Below the pieces are notes generated by a model. That model made no database searches. It was given only the letters and a program-made list of their open reading frames with translations, and had not been told where the DNA came from. Positions 16,287-31,235 of a stretch of 64,000 nt of DNA are shown here, in pieces. Each line of letters starts with the position of its first letter. The first letter of the stretch is position 1. The stretch is from Eledone cirrhosa (lineage: Eukaryota): positions 178,622,001 through 178,686,000 of the forward strand of contig OZ024743.1 of the NCBI GenBank assembly GCA_964016885.1, given 5' to 3'. The position numbers and the translations under genes were made by a program.

Positions 16287-16437
16287 GTGTGGGGGGGGGG
16301 TATGTGTGTGTGTGTGTGTGTATCACTCCTGGGTGCTACTGGTAACATGTAACCCAGTGCAACCTGTTCCACGGTCGGGTCTTCAGCTACTTAATGTTGT
16401 GAGTTCTATTTGTACTCACTATCTGTAAACCAACTTT

Positions 16438-16500
16438 TGTACTTTATCTGATGAGAGCGTACCAAAATGTTGGTACCCTTGAAATATATATAATAAAATA
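16438..16500 (+). ncRNA. Type I hammerhead ribozyme
   Basis: actttat-CTGATGA-gagcgtacca(aaatgt)tggtaccctt-GAAA-tatata-TA-ataaaata. Confidence 0.75.
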
Positions 16501-17227
16501 AATATGGTTTTATAAAGATAGCTTCCATTTATTAATATTATTGATATATATATATATTTGTGTGCAACCATGCAGTTTCCCTCTTTCTTCCCATGCTTTT
16601 TATACATATTTACCTCGACTGCGATTGTCTGTTTCTCTCTTTCTGCTCCCCCGTTCTCTCTGTTTCTCTCACCTTCTTTCGCCCCCTCTGTCAGTTACAC
16701 TTTCTCTCGACTGACCTCTTCCTCGCACTTCCACTCACTCACTCTCTGTTTCTCCCCTTCTCACTTCCCCCCGTTCGTTAGTAGTGGGATTCTTTCTTTC
16801 TCACATCTCATTCACGTCGGACGGTCTGTTTTCTGACCACTCATGAAATTCACCCAGCTTATGCTGATCGGATAACCATCATGTTGCTTGCTTTTTTCCT
16901 ACCTTCGGTTTGCTTTTCCTTCTATGTTGTTTACTTGTCTCACTCGCTTTTCGCGACTCACTTGTCCCAATAGCTTATTTTAGTTATTGCTCGCACCAAC
17001 CTGAGGTATATGATTTTTAATGCGATGAAATACCAATGATGGTTGGCAAATCACTGATGAGGGACTAATTTTATAATATGTAACCCATGTGCAACCACGC
17101 AGTTTCTCTCTTTCTTCACGTTTTTTATATATATATATATATATAAAGAGAGTGTGGTAAGATACCAGGTGGACCATAACGCACCAGAGTACTCGGTACT
17201 TGGGGTAGTATAGTGGGTAAGATGAAC

Positions 17228-17336
17228 AGATGCAGGACCCCGACGGCTGAGCTCCGGCCGTTTCGACAGCTACATCCGAACTGTTCGGATCTAGCTGTTG
17301 AAACGGCCGAAGCTCAGCCGTTAGGGTCCTGAATCT
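17228..17336. repeat. GC-rich ~110-bp near-perfect hairpin in a short element between (TA)n tracts
   Basis: caggaccccgacggctgagctccggccgtttcgacagctacatccgaac-t-gttcggatctagctgttgaaacggccgaagctcagccgttagggtcctg. Confidence 0.88.
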
Positions 17337-17340
17337 TTTC

Positions 17341-17421
<81 letters not shown>

Positions 17422-17443
17422 CATATGTATGTTTATATATATA

Positions 17444-17565
<122 letters not shown>

Positions 17566-18714
17566 GTAGGTACATATGTGCACGCATCTATCAAAGTCTC
17601 GACTTGCACAAAGATTTGTATGCAATAGAAATTTTTGAGGAAACAAAAACTGAGTGATGGTTTATTGAAACAGCGGTCTCTATTTTTGAGTAGTAAACTG
17701 AATCTGGTGTCGGGTTTAATACCCTCACTTAGTCTTTCAGCACCTTTAGCTGAGTACACATTAATAAATGTATTTAAATATATTTTCAAAATTTATGTTA
17801 CTGTATACCTTTCTGTAAGGGGTAAGGAAGGGCAGATCTGACTGTATGGAAAAGTAGAGGAAAGGACTATGAACGTCATAAATGAGAGGAAAAGGAGGAT
17901 ACAAGTATTCTAGGGCCACAAATGAAAAGGAGGGAGAGGAGGGGGTGATGGGCTCTGGACAAGACTGCTCCTCGCGTAGCTCCTTCCTCAGTGATAAATT
18001 CTCTATTAATTTAGTCAGCGACAGATCACATCTACAATCTCCTTAAATTATAGTTTATCTTTTTTACAAGCAATTTACCAATTTCGAGCCAGGGAAAATT
18101 GATAATTAAATGATAGAAATATTAACTTGAATATAATCTCAGTGGCGTCAATATTATGGAATATATAACAACATTTCAGATCTTATAAGTTCTCTTAACT
18201 AAACACTGATAGTTAACTAAACACTCAACAGTCAATATGAGGCCGTAGTTATGAATGGTAAATAGTTGTGGTTGAAATTATAAATTAAACTTGTGTGTTT
18301 GGGGTTCAAGCAGAAATGTGTAGATGTATTTCAATGTATTTAACTTATTGATTTTTTTAAATATCATCTCTTTCTATATTCATTATTTTGTCACATTTTG
18401 AGATTTGTTTCTTGTCTCGTTTTTATTGTTTTGTTATTTTATTTGTTGAGGGTGATGGGGACGAATTTCAACATGGATAGACAGCTTTCTTCTTGTAAAA
18501 TTTTACATTCGAGCGTCGTTATAAACTACAAATAAAGGAACGGCACGTGGGGATTTAATCTAGAGATAAAATATAAGGAAAAAAATACCATTGAAAATTA
18601 GGAATAATTGAAAAATATTAAAATATTGTGATCATTTATATTTGTGAAACAGTAACACATGCGATTTAATATTTTCTGAATTCTTGTTTCTTATTTCTTT
18701 TTATTTTTCTATAG

Positions 18715-19636
18715 TCTCCGTTTATTTGAAGAAAAGATTTCATGGCGAAGCGGATCTAATGTTCCTCCGACATCGATTTGCTCCGAGCCATGTGGTCTTG
18801 GCTATGCTAAAAGTGGCAGTGATGCATGCTGCTGGGTGTGTGTTCGCTGTAATGACTACCAAATTCTAGAGGACGTCAGCACCTGCAAAGACTGTCCATT
18901 AGGCTTTCGACCTGATGCGAACAAAACATCATGCGTACGTTTACCAGTACTCCATCTTCAATGGACAACATTATGGGCAATTCTGCCAATTACATTTTCT
19001 GCTTTAGGGATAGTTTCAACAATTTTTGTTCTAGTTACATTCATAGTATATAGCAAAACTCCAGTAATCATGGCATCAGGCCGAGAGCTGTGTTATATAC
19101 TTTTTCTGGGTATTTTTCTTTCATACGGCACATCATTCGTGATGCTTGCCAGGCCATCGATAGCAATTTGCACTATTATGCGTTTAGGTCTTGGATCCTC
19201 TCTGAGCCTCGTTTACGCCTCAATGCTTACCAAAACCAATCGAATTTATCGAATATTTAATCGTGGTATTCGAGCAGTTGTGAAAAGGCCAAGCTATACA
19301 AGTCCAAGATCACAAGTAATAATTTGTTTCTCCTTGGTCTCTGTTCAAGTAGTTGGAGCTTTTACATGGATTGGCTTCGAAAGACCAGATATTATGTACG
19401 TCCTCCAAGGAAAAGACGCCTTAATTTTAAAGTGCAAAACAAGTCAGATAGCAATAGTTATCTCCCTTTTCTACAACATGTTCCTCATTATCTTATGTAC
19501 GGTATATGCTTTCAAAACGCGAAAGATTCCACAGAACTTCAACGAAGCGAAATACATAGCTTTTACCATGTACAGCACGTGTATAGTCTGGTTGGCATTT
19601 ATACCTATCTACTTCGGAGCTAACCAAGATTTCAAG
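18715..19636 (+). CDS. Metabotropic glutamate receptor exon: cysteine-rich domain plus TM1-TM6
   Basis: Polypyrimidine tract + atag| acceptor and AAG|gtaagt donor. Open frame encodes PPTSICSEPC...CCWVCVRC...CKDCPLG, then TPVIMASGRELCY, LTKTNRIYRIF, SPRSQ and FNEAKYIAFTMYSTCIVWLAFIPIYFG, all class C/mGluR hallmarks. Confidence 0.97.
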
Positions 19637-19662
19637 GTAAGTGAATTGCATTGACGAAATTT

Positions 19663-21041
<1,379 letters not shown>

Positions 21042-21689
21042 CATATTTACTTATATACCCACCCACATACGCACACACAATTATACGTACTTATATAAAT
21101 ACACACGCCTGCACACACACATATGTGTGTGTGTGCGTGTGTGTGTATGTGTGTGCGTGTACACCCATGATTTAGAATTGGTTTCGTAGAGCACCAAAAA
21201 AAAAAAAGACCACAGTTGAAAATGTACATTATGTAGAGAAGGTATATGATTTACTTTATATATATCATATATATATACAATATGTTCTCCGTATGAGAAG
21301 GTTAACACGTCTCCCTGTATGAACCTCCTCACATTCTTTGAAATATGACACATTGAAAACTGAAGAAGCCTCTCCAAGATGTAATGATTGAATCAAGTTA
21401 ATTAGAATATACCAATCTTTTCTAAAGGCTTCATTGAAAGAAATACTTTAGCCTATCCAATTACTATATTTGTTTATTTTATTTTATAATATTTCAGTAC
21501 ACAAATGATATCAAAATAATGATTGTCATTCGTAAAGTAGCTTTATATTGGAGTTATTCATATATACTTATCTGATATATTAGAACAGCTATTGAAGTGT
21601 ACAGAATTTCCACCTAAAACCTAACATTTATCGTTGTTGTATCAAGTGCATGTGTCGGTTTATGTTCTCTCTCTCTCTCTCTTTCAATC

Positions 21690-22050
21690 ACTGCCTTCGT
21701 CTCTCTCGCTCTCTCAATCTCTCACTATTATAAGCAAATGGAAGTCTCACTTCCTGACCACCCCACAGTCCTGGTGGATAGAATAGAGAAGGCGTTTCTC
21801 CGGAGGATGTTGAGGGAGATGCGTTGGAAGAACCATTCCAACTCACTGCCTCACACCTGATGATAGTCAACTCTGTGAGGATGGCGGTGAGGGAAGTGTT
21901 CCTAGGGCTAAGGAAACCAGAAGTTTTCACTGCTACGGGCTCCACCGTAAACCAGACGGAGAGTGACCGATATTTGGAGAGTTTACCCTCCTCAGTCTGA
22001 GGTGCAGCACAGCCTGGATTAGTGGCAGACTGCACCAGGTTGCCGCTGAC
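21690..22050 (-). mobile_element. CRE-clade 3' fragment
   Basis: QSATNPGCAA...EEGKLSKYRSLS..F.VEPVAVKTSGFL is homologous to 35880-36180. Further fragments lie at 29855-30060 (+), 53470-53750 (-) and 56470-56700 (-). Confidence 0.8.
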
Positions 22051-24345
22051 ACATTTTTTTCATTACTTAATTAAATTATTTACAAATGGCCTACATTTTA
22101 CTTTCCTGAAGTACCGACACAACGTAAATGTTACTAAAGTTCTGTACAATCATACAATAACGTTTGCTATATCGACACCTTCTCTGTCCTTGAATCACGG
22201 CGCTTGCAGATGGCTAGGATACAAGATTTTGTCGATTAGTCTATTAGTTTCGATTTTCGTAAAATCCATCATCAGGACACGCTCACTCACACCTGGGATT
22301 ATATCATTTATCTGCATGCTCTATCTTTCACCTCTATGCTAATAATTGTTTCTACTTTTGGCACAAGGCCAGCAATTATCCCAGTGCATTACTGGTACTT
22401 TATTTTATCGACCCGGTAAGCATGAAAGGCAAAGTTAACCTCAATAATATTGTTTTATTAAACATATTATTGCAACTTTGTTTACGATTTCAGTTATATT
22501 CAGCATTTAGGTATTCTATTTCACTTACACTTCAATTGTTAGTTGTAGTCAATATCCAGAGGAAGAATTAGCTGTTTCAGGCTAGAGATAGAGTCGAAGG
22601 TTTTAGAATTAACCTTTGAATGTTACAAGACATTATGTTTATAGTGGAATAATAAACCTTTCTGCTAGTATATTGTGTGTGTGATAAAACAAACAGCATT
22701 TAGCTAACGGCTGTTCTAGCGATGAGTTTTCTCATTTTTATATGTATTCAAATACACACTCGCTTCGTCTCTATCAGAGACGACATTGTTTTTTCATATA
22801 TATAATTCTCAAATAGTATAATTTAGGTATTGTTGCTGTTGTTACTGCTTCATTTGTTTAGTTCCAGGTCAGACTTGATCAAGTAGACATATGATCATAG
22901 GTGGTTCAACTGTAATCATCTCATCTATTCAAACATGACATATGGAGTTTGTGTCGTTTTTAGAAGATGATTTGGTTTGAAGTGTAATTGCACTACTATT
23001 TCTGGTAAGACGAGCAATATTATAACGTTAGGAATTCTCAATTAGTATAGAAGATATCTAGACGTAATCGTCACCAAAGAATGATCAAATGTATCATATT
23101 ATATGTAACATGAATTGGCAGAGTCGTTAGAAGGTAGGATAGAACGCTTTGTGGTATTGGTTTCGACTCTCTGCTCTCTGAGTTCAGATCCTGTTGAGGT
23201 CAACATTGCCTTCATCCATTCGAGATGGATGTAAAGTACCAGTCTACTACTGGGTGGATTCTTCCTCTATATTTCTTTCTCCTTTCCTCTCTCTCATTCT
23301 CTCTCTATTCTCCTCTGGAGGAAATCTGCTGCAGTCAGACCTGGAGAGGATATATGCTGCTTCAACAGGGATAACATTCTCTAGAAACGGCGTATGTGAA
23401 TATGGCGCCCCGGCAACTCCATCATGAATTATGAGACGATACTGTAACATATATTCCCTTACTATTCGTTAAATAAGTTTAGGAAATATATTTACTTATT
23501 ACATGCACTGGTACAAAAATAATACATATAGTTGTTCTTTGATAATTAAAGGTATTCATAGAACTGTGGAGCATAATCTACTAGCTACACGGAAAATACA
23601 GAGAGGGTTTGCAATAAATGAAAATACTACAATAAGAATCGAACTCAATCTGTAATTTCAAATTATTGGGTACATACATCTTAAGGTGCTTCGATCATTA
23701 CCAAATTTATTTTAGTATCGATTTCACCAACCTTATTGATTTCAGCTCATACAATAAAACAGAAAAAAACGTCCATATTGTCCTATGATGAAACCAATAT
23801 TGATTTTGTCATAAATCTGACAAACAGTTGTTTAGATATTGTTAAAATTACTTTGTTGTTCCTTACTTTCACTTTGAAGACACGTTTCGTCTTTTCTCAA
23901 CTTCCTTTCAACACAAATTCTGTTCCCTTTGTTATTACAATCATTCGGTCATTCGATAGGAGAATTATTTATAATTAGCTTTCATATACATGAACTGTAG
24001 TTCGTTTATTCATCTCTCTTAATTAACGTATGCGTAGTCTTGTATATTGCTGCTGCTGCTGTTGTTCTTGTTTTTTGTTTTTTTTTGTTTTTTGTTTTTT
24101 TTTTCTATTTGATCCATCACCACTAACTTCATCACCATCACAAGAGACGCAGCTATTTTTTAAAACCCATTACCAATGTTTTATGTGTTATTTTGTTTTG
24201 AATTAAAACTTCCTGTAACCCTTCATGGGTTGTTGGGTCACCAAAGATAATCGAATTTCTTATCATAAGCTAGACTTTCTGTGAATTTACTGAAGTTCTA
24301 CTCTACTTTCATGACAAAGATATTATTTATCTCGCAACATTCTAA

Positions 24346-25869
24346 TAGGCCGTGCTATAACTTTGTAAGATATCAAAGGATATCTGACTGCTGCAAGCAA
24401 CGGGTTTGTCCCTGTTCTACAACAAAGCCTCCTATGGTGTTAGACCGTGCTATAACTTTGTAAGATATCAAAGGATAGCTGACTGCTGCAAGCAACGGGT
24501 TTCTCCCTGTTCTACAACATAGCTCCCTATGGTGTTAGACTGGGCCATAACTTTGTAAGATATCAAAGGATAGCTGACTGCTGCAAGCAACGGGTTTGTC
24601 CCTGTTCTACAACATAGCTCCCTATGGTGTTAGACTGGGCCATAACTTTGTAAGATATCAAAGGATAGCTGACTGCTGCAAGCAACGGGTTTGTCCCTGT
24701 TCTACAACATAGCCTCCTATGGTGTTAGACTGGGCCATAACTTTGTAAGATATCAAAGGATAGCTGACTGCTGCAAGCAACGGGTTTGTCCCTGTTCTAC
24801 AACATAGCCTCCTATGGTGTTAGACTGGGCCATAACTTTGTAAGATATCAAAGGATAGCTGACTGCTGCAAGCAACGGGTTTGTCCCTGTTCTACAACAT
24901 AGCCTCCTATGGTGCTAGACTGGGCCATAACTTTGTAAGATATCAAAGGATAGCTGACTGCTGCAAGCAACGGGTTTGCCCCTGTTCTACAACATAGCCT
25001 CCTATGGTGTTAGACTGGGCCATAACTTTGTAAGATATCAAAGGATAGCTGACTGCTGCAAGCAACGGGTTTGTCCCTGTTCTACAACATAGCTCCCTAT
25101 GGTGTTAGACTGGGCCATAACTTTGTAAGATATCAAAGGATAGCTGACTGCTGCAAGCAACGGGTTTGTCCCTGTTCTACAACAAAGCCTCCTATGGTGT
25201 TAGACTGGGCCATAACTTTGTAAGATATCAAAGGATAGCTGACTGCTGCAAGCAACGGGTTTCTCCCTGTTCTACAACATAGCTCCCTATGGTGTTAGAC
25301 TGGGCCATAACTTTGTAAGATATCAAAGGATAGCTGACTGCTGCAAGCAACGGGTTTGTCCCTGTTCTACAACAAAGCCTCCTATGGTGTTAGACTGGGC
25401 CATAACTTTGTAAGATATCAAAGGATAGCTGACTGCTGCAAGCAACGGGTTTGTCCCTGTTCTACAACATAGCCTCCTATGGTGTTAGACTGGGCCATAA
25501 CTTTGTAAGATATCAAAGGATAGCTGACTGCTGCAAGCAACGGGTTTGTCCCTGTTCTACAACATAGCTCCCTATGGTGTTAGACTGGGCCATAACTTTG
25601 TAAGATATCAAAGGATAGCTGACTGCTGCAAGCAACGGGTTTCTCCCTGTTCTACAACAAAGCCTCCTATGGTGTTAGACTGGGCCATAACTTTGTAAGA
25701 TATCAAAGGATAGCTGACTGCTGCAAGCAACGCGTTTGTCCCTGTTCTACAACAAAGCCTCCTATGGTGTTAGACTGGGCCATAACTTTGTAAGATATCA
25801 AAGGATAGCTGACTGCTGCAAGCAACGGGTTTGTCCCTGTTCTACAACAAAGCCTCCTATGGTGTTAGA
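24346..25869. repeat. Tandem satellite, 95-bp unit, about 16 copies
   Basis: Unit gggccataactttgtaagatatcaaaggatagctgactgctgcaagcaacgggtttgtccctgttctacaacatagcctcctatggtgttagact recurs every 95 bp. Confidence 0.97.
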
Positions 25870-26635
25870 ACACTCAAAAAGAAATCACTCGAGTATATAT
25901 TTTGTTAAGACATAGCGAAACATCTTCCCTTTAACATTCGGTGCATTACGGTTCATTGTTTTTATGTTGGGACGTTAACTTTTAACATTTAAATAGCAGT
26001 AAACAAAGTGTATATGCAGGCATAAGTAAATCGCTTTATGTGTGTGTTCCAATCCAACCCACTTCAGAGCCTTCTCACATCTATTGGAGGAACCCCTCCC
26101 TTGTTGACCTCCTCTGCGTTCTATTTGGTTTGGATTATATCAGGTGTGTACCTGTAGCAGGTAGAAGCCTCACTTGACATGTATGTTTATATATATCTAA
26201 ATATATTTGTGTATGTGGAGAGCTGAATGGTTAAGGATTTCACCTCACAATCATTAGGCACCCGGTTCGACCCTACTGAATCTAATTTGGGGCGCATATA
26301 TATTACCATAACCCCGGATAGCCCCCACGTTTTTTGGATGAAACGTGAAAGACGGTAACTATTTAGAAGCTCGTCGGATGTAATTTATCTGTAATTTAAA
26401 AGATCAGCCTAGCCACACACTTGCATTCGATGTTTGGAGAGTGGGATTGGTCCCGTGCAAATCTTTTCCTTGCATAAAAAAAAGCTTCAAGCACAGGCAT
26501 AGCTTGATGTGACATTTTTTTGTGATGCATGGTATTGCTGGCCATTGGCAAGTCCCTAGCAGGACTATAAAGCCACGTCCGTGATACTCATGCTGAAGTT
26601 TCAAGCGAAGGCATTACTCGAAATCGAGTTGCAGG

Positions 26636-26720
<85 letters not shown>

Positions 26721-26912
26721 CAGTTGATCGACTTTCGTCAAATCGGACCGAGGAAACAATGATTCCATTGGTCTTTCCAATTGCTAATACTATCTATCGG
26801 TCGCAACTCCACGTAGAAGGAGCAACGTGAAATAAAGTCTCTTGCCCAAGGACATAACGCATCACCCGGTATTGAGTAATCTTTCTCTCAGTCGTAAACC
26901 AACCACTTACGG

Positions 26913-26972
<60 letters not shown>

Positions 26973-28319
26973 GGTTCTACGTTCTGTTCACTGAAGATTT
27001 TGTCTTATTTTCAAAGGGTGACGTTTTTGTTCATTTATAATTGCCAATTAGTACATCACTCGGTAGCACGAAACGTCCTTTACCTGTTTCCTCATATTGA
27101 ACAAATTGCCGATATATTTTAGTGTGGGGGATTATCACAGGTAGAAGAAAATTCAATGAAATACCAATCATACATAGTGACACATTAGCTAGTGTTGCTT
27201 TATTTGAAGACGCAAGGGCAATTTTCATATTTGATGCATTTCTTTTTTCTTTTCAAAGCTCATTTATCTAAATTCTACAAGATCTTTCTTTTCTTAGATA
27301 TTGATGCAGCTGCCCAAGAACTATGCTGCAACGGATGTATATGTATAGTGTTTGTGTGAAAGTATCTGGCTTCATGTTTAAGGTGTTTGGCTCGGGATTA
27401 TAAGGTCATAATTTCGATTATCGGTGACAAGACACTTTATTTCTGATTAAATTAAACAATAATTATTGAAGTAAATGAAATCTTATTTTAAGTATTTAAA
27501 AAGCCAAAGGGAAAATATATAATTATATAAATAAAATAAAAGCTTAAAATACGAGTAAAAAATCTAAAATCAAGAAATAATTTTTGTTTTCAAATAATAT
27601 ATATATATATAATTTAAAGAAGAAAGACATTTTCAGTTTATTACATCATTCTGTAATGTACGTTTCAAAGACATCAATGTCTTTGAAATGTGCCTAAACT
27701 GAAGATGTATACGTGATGCCATCTATTCTTTTTCTTACAATATTGACACTCTGGCTGATACCATATAGCTAATACTTTATGGTACCCAAATCGTGGAGTG
27801 CTTACGTCTGTTTCCGTTGATTGCTTAATCATCTAACATTGATTATATGGACTGATAATTTTTTTAAAAACGTACAATGCGGTAAAAAGATATAAAGGGC
27901 AGATGATGATAAATAAAACAAAGTAATGTTTTGCCTAGTATATTTCAACATGATATTTCAGGGCTATCACCCTCTTCAAGAAAGTGGAAAACAATAAGAA
28001 TGATGAAAGCGTAAGCGTGAATATATTGTGGAAATACATATAAGGTTTAAATTGATATTCAGAGTGCAACAACAAAGAATTTAATAAGTTTGATGTGACA
28101 GAATCAAGGAAGGTGTGTGTTTAAAAACGCTGCATATTTAATAAAACACTGGGTTTGTAGTTGATGCAACATATTATAGTCAGTCCTTCATTGTATTTAG
28201 GCTAATATCTTTTAGTGTATAAGATGTAGCAAATATGGTATAAATGTTGGCTCTTGAGACGGAACTCATTTGAGGGTGTAATTAATTTGAATTCCAAATA
28301 AAATTGAAGAATGAAGTTT

Positions 28320-28363
28320 GTAATCACGTGAACATATTTGGTAAAATATGTTCACGTGATTAC
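28320..28363. repeat. Perfect 20-bp-arm hairpin
   Basis: gtaatcacgtgaacatattt-ggta-aaatatgttcacgtgattac. Confidence 0.85.
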
Positions 28364-30489
28364 TGTAGCGTATTTTCAAACGTGTAGAGGTTAAGCCTAT
28401 AGTTAATGAATATTTGATGTTAACATTGCATTTTGATCAAAATCGCTATTTAGGTATTAAGAAGCAACTAATACGGGTTATACAATTATAATGTTATAGT
28501 GTTATAGCTAAGGTTTCCGTTGGATTGGCTGTTGTGGCTTTATTCAGTTAGAAGAATCTGTAGATATGCTGTGTGGAAGAGTATGAAATTTGTATAGTAT
28601 TCTTATTAAAACTTCTACAGTATTTATGCTATGGATGGAAATAAATTAAAGACGAATATAGCTATTGGGTATCTAAGACTAAGGTTATAATACCTACATA
28701 TTTCTTTCTATTGCTAATTAAACGTGTAGAAGGATCGATATATTTTTTTTTCTTTTTCCAACCATTTCTAGCTAATGCATCATTTTAATAAGGTGCTGCT
28801 TCAGTTAAGATTTGTAGATAAGCAGATAGGTTTAAGATTCTAGGAGAAATATTTTTAACTAAATTATTAATGATATACTTAGGGTGGTTTGGGAAGATAT
28901 GGTATAATCACGCATTGGATTTCTAAAATCCATAAACATATATATAAATATATATCAGAGAAGGAAAGAGAGAGAGGGAGGAAGAGAGAGAGAGAGAGGG
29001 AAGAGAAAGAGATGGGGTAAATATTTATATACATGTATGTATGTGAGTGTATGTGTATGTGTATAAATACGTTTGGTTTGAGAAAATGAGGAGAGAGAAC
29101 TAAATACGTAAAGCGTATCGGTTATCCTCTGAAATACTAAAATAAATACGTGAGTGTGTGTATGGCTGTATGTGTTCAAGAGAGAGTATGCATGTGGGTG
29201 AGGTGTATGTGTATGTGTATGTAATAAGAGAGAGAAAATGAATGAGAAGATAGACAGGGGTAGAACTATGCATGTATGGATATACGTGCGTACATATATT
29301 TAAACATCCCCACCATATAAATCTTTTTAAAGAGGCGAGAAAGAGTCAGTTCTCGTCAAAATTAGAAAATAATTCATGTTATTAATAAATTTTTGCAACC
29401 AATTTTCTGAAGCCAAATAAAATTAGTTATTTCTGTCCTACTTATAATTTCTCTTGGAAAACATTTCTAGAATGTGCATAGTGGTTGGGATTATGGGGAT
29501 AATCACGTTCGTGACTGGATTATTTTACTACTGCTGCTGCTACTGATAATGATGATCATGATGATGGTGATGATTACGGTGGTGGTACTGATGATGGTGA
29601 TGATGATGAATGTTGTTTTTAGTAACATGAAGTATTTTTTTTTATTTTTGTTTCGTTTTTATTTGTTTGTGTTTTGTTTCTTTTGTGCGTGTTAGAGTTT
29701 TAGGCCCATTTTCTCTCGTTCTGCTGCTGCTGCTGCTGTTGTTGTTGTTTTAGAGGAGGATCTATTTAACACTGTGTTCCTTTAACTTTAGTGGAAACCA
29801 AATGGTAGACTGTGATATTTCTTTCTTTCAATAATTATACATGCAGCGGCACTTTCTCCGGTAGCAACCTCGTGCAGTCTGCGACTAATCCAGGCTCTGC
29901 TGCACTTCGGATTAGGGTTAGGGGTAACCCTCCAAATATCGGTCGCTCTCCAACGGGTTTGCGGTCGAGCCCGTAGCAGTGGAAACTTCTGGTGTCCTTG
30001 GTCCTAGGACCACCTTCCTACTCACTACCATCGGCGGGGAGTTGGCTACCCGCAGGTGTGATTAAAACAAATATAGAATACTGCAGATAGCCTCTAATGG
30101 TAGGCTGACCAGCAAGAAACTACAGTCAAATTCCTTCAAATAACTCTACCTCCTTTGAAGCTGATCCGTTAGACAATGTGATCCAAGATATGCAAAGAGA
30201 AGGGTTGGTCACGACCTGAAGTCTTTGATTATCTATCTACTGAAGCTGACATGAAGATAAACAATAATAAAAAAGACATATAAGGTAATGATGCAGGCGT
30301 GCTCAAGACATACATAATATGTTTGTGTATGATAAACATATATAAGTCTCATCATTGATGTTATACGTTGTGATCATATCACAGCTACCTCAATAGCTGT
30401 GTAGATTCAACGCCCTACACTACTCTACAAAAAACGTCTAGTCTGTCTTAAATTAAAGACCGTTAATCCCGTATTAGATGCGAATGAAT

Positions 30490-30740
30490 ATCTCCCCTTG
30501 AGCCAAGAGGCTTACCAGACCCGTGTTTATCCCGGTTTCCGTGGCGTGAAGCAACTGAGAGAAGAATCCCAACAGGACAGGACGCCAGTCCATCATAGGG
30601 TTAAACCTCCAGCTACATCTGGTACTCATTTTCAGCTGAGTATACTGGAGCATCATGAAATGAAGTGTTTTGCTCAAAAACGCAACACACCACCCAGTCC
30701 AGGAATCGAACCCATGACGTTACCGCTAGGCCACACACCT
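30490..30740 (-). mobile_element. tRNA-derived SINE with CORE-like segment (related copy at 60660-60915, +)
   Basis: Reverse complement has B-box ggttcgattcc followed by gtgttgcgtttttgagcaaaacactt; shares its body with 60660-60915. Confidence 0.7.
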
Positions 30741-30852
30741 CCTCACACGCACACTAATGTTTCGGTATTTTTACTCATCTTCAGTGACACATAAACACTC
30801 GGCACTGAAGCTAAGGTAAGCTGTCACTTATATGTTTTACGTATAATATAGA

Positions 30853-31235
30853 ATAATTGTTTCTACTGTAGGCACAAGGCCAGAAATTGCACAGTACATT
30901 ACTGGTACTTTATTTTATCGACCCCGTAAGGATGAAAGGCAAAGTTAACATCGGCGGGATTTGAACTCAGACTGTAAAGGGACGTAACTATGCTAGAAAG
31001 CATGGCGTCCAACCCTCTACCGATACTGCCAGTTCACCGCCCTTATATTATAGAATAATTGTTTCTACTTTAGGCACAAGGCCAGCAATAACCCAGTGCA
31101 TTACTGGTACTTTATTTTATCGACCCCGTAAGGATGAAAGGCAAAGTCAACCTCGGCGGGATTTGAACTCAGATCGTAAAGGGACGTAACTATGCTGGAA
31201 AGCATGGCGTCCGACCCTCCACCGATACTGCCAGA
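30853..31235 (-). mobile_element. Two adjacent copies of the abundant tRNA-derived SINE
   Basis: Reverse complement shows A-box tggcagtatcgg, B-box gagttcaaatcc, core actttgcctttcatccttacggggtcgataaaataaagtaccag and tail gtagaaacaatta. Other copies lie near 9612, 22342, 23113, 31628, 37100, 37492, 42290, 43900, 53885, 55645 and 58845. Confidence 0.88.

Larger units (their letters stand above)
14835..16545. mobile_element. Nested cluster of fold-back elements (outer arms 14835-14975 / 16320-16465)
   Basis: The outer inverted arms enclose palindrome 15209-15611, inverted pair 15625-15808 / 16086-16268 and a copy (15811-16067) of the 20637-20897 family. Confidence 0.85.

Noticed and set aside
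19637-19654. ORF read-through VSELH* as the receptor C-terminus
   Set aside because: A consensus donor sits at 19636/7 and an in-frame TM7 exon exists at 47030. Intron retention cannot be shown from DNA.
24346-25869. CRISPR-like regular array
   Set aside because: Whole 95-bp units repeat with no unique spacers, there are no cas genes and the context is eukaryotic.
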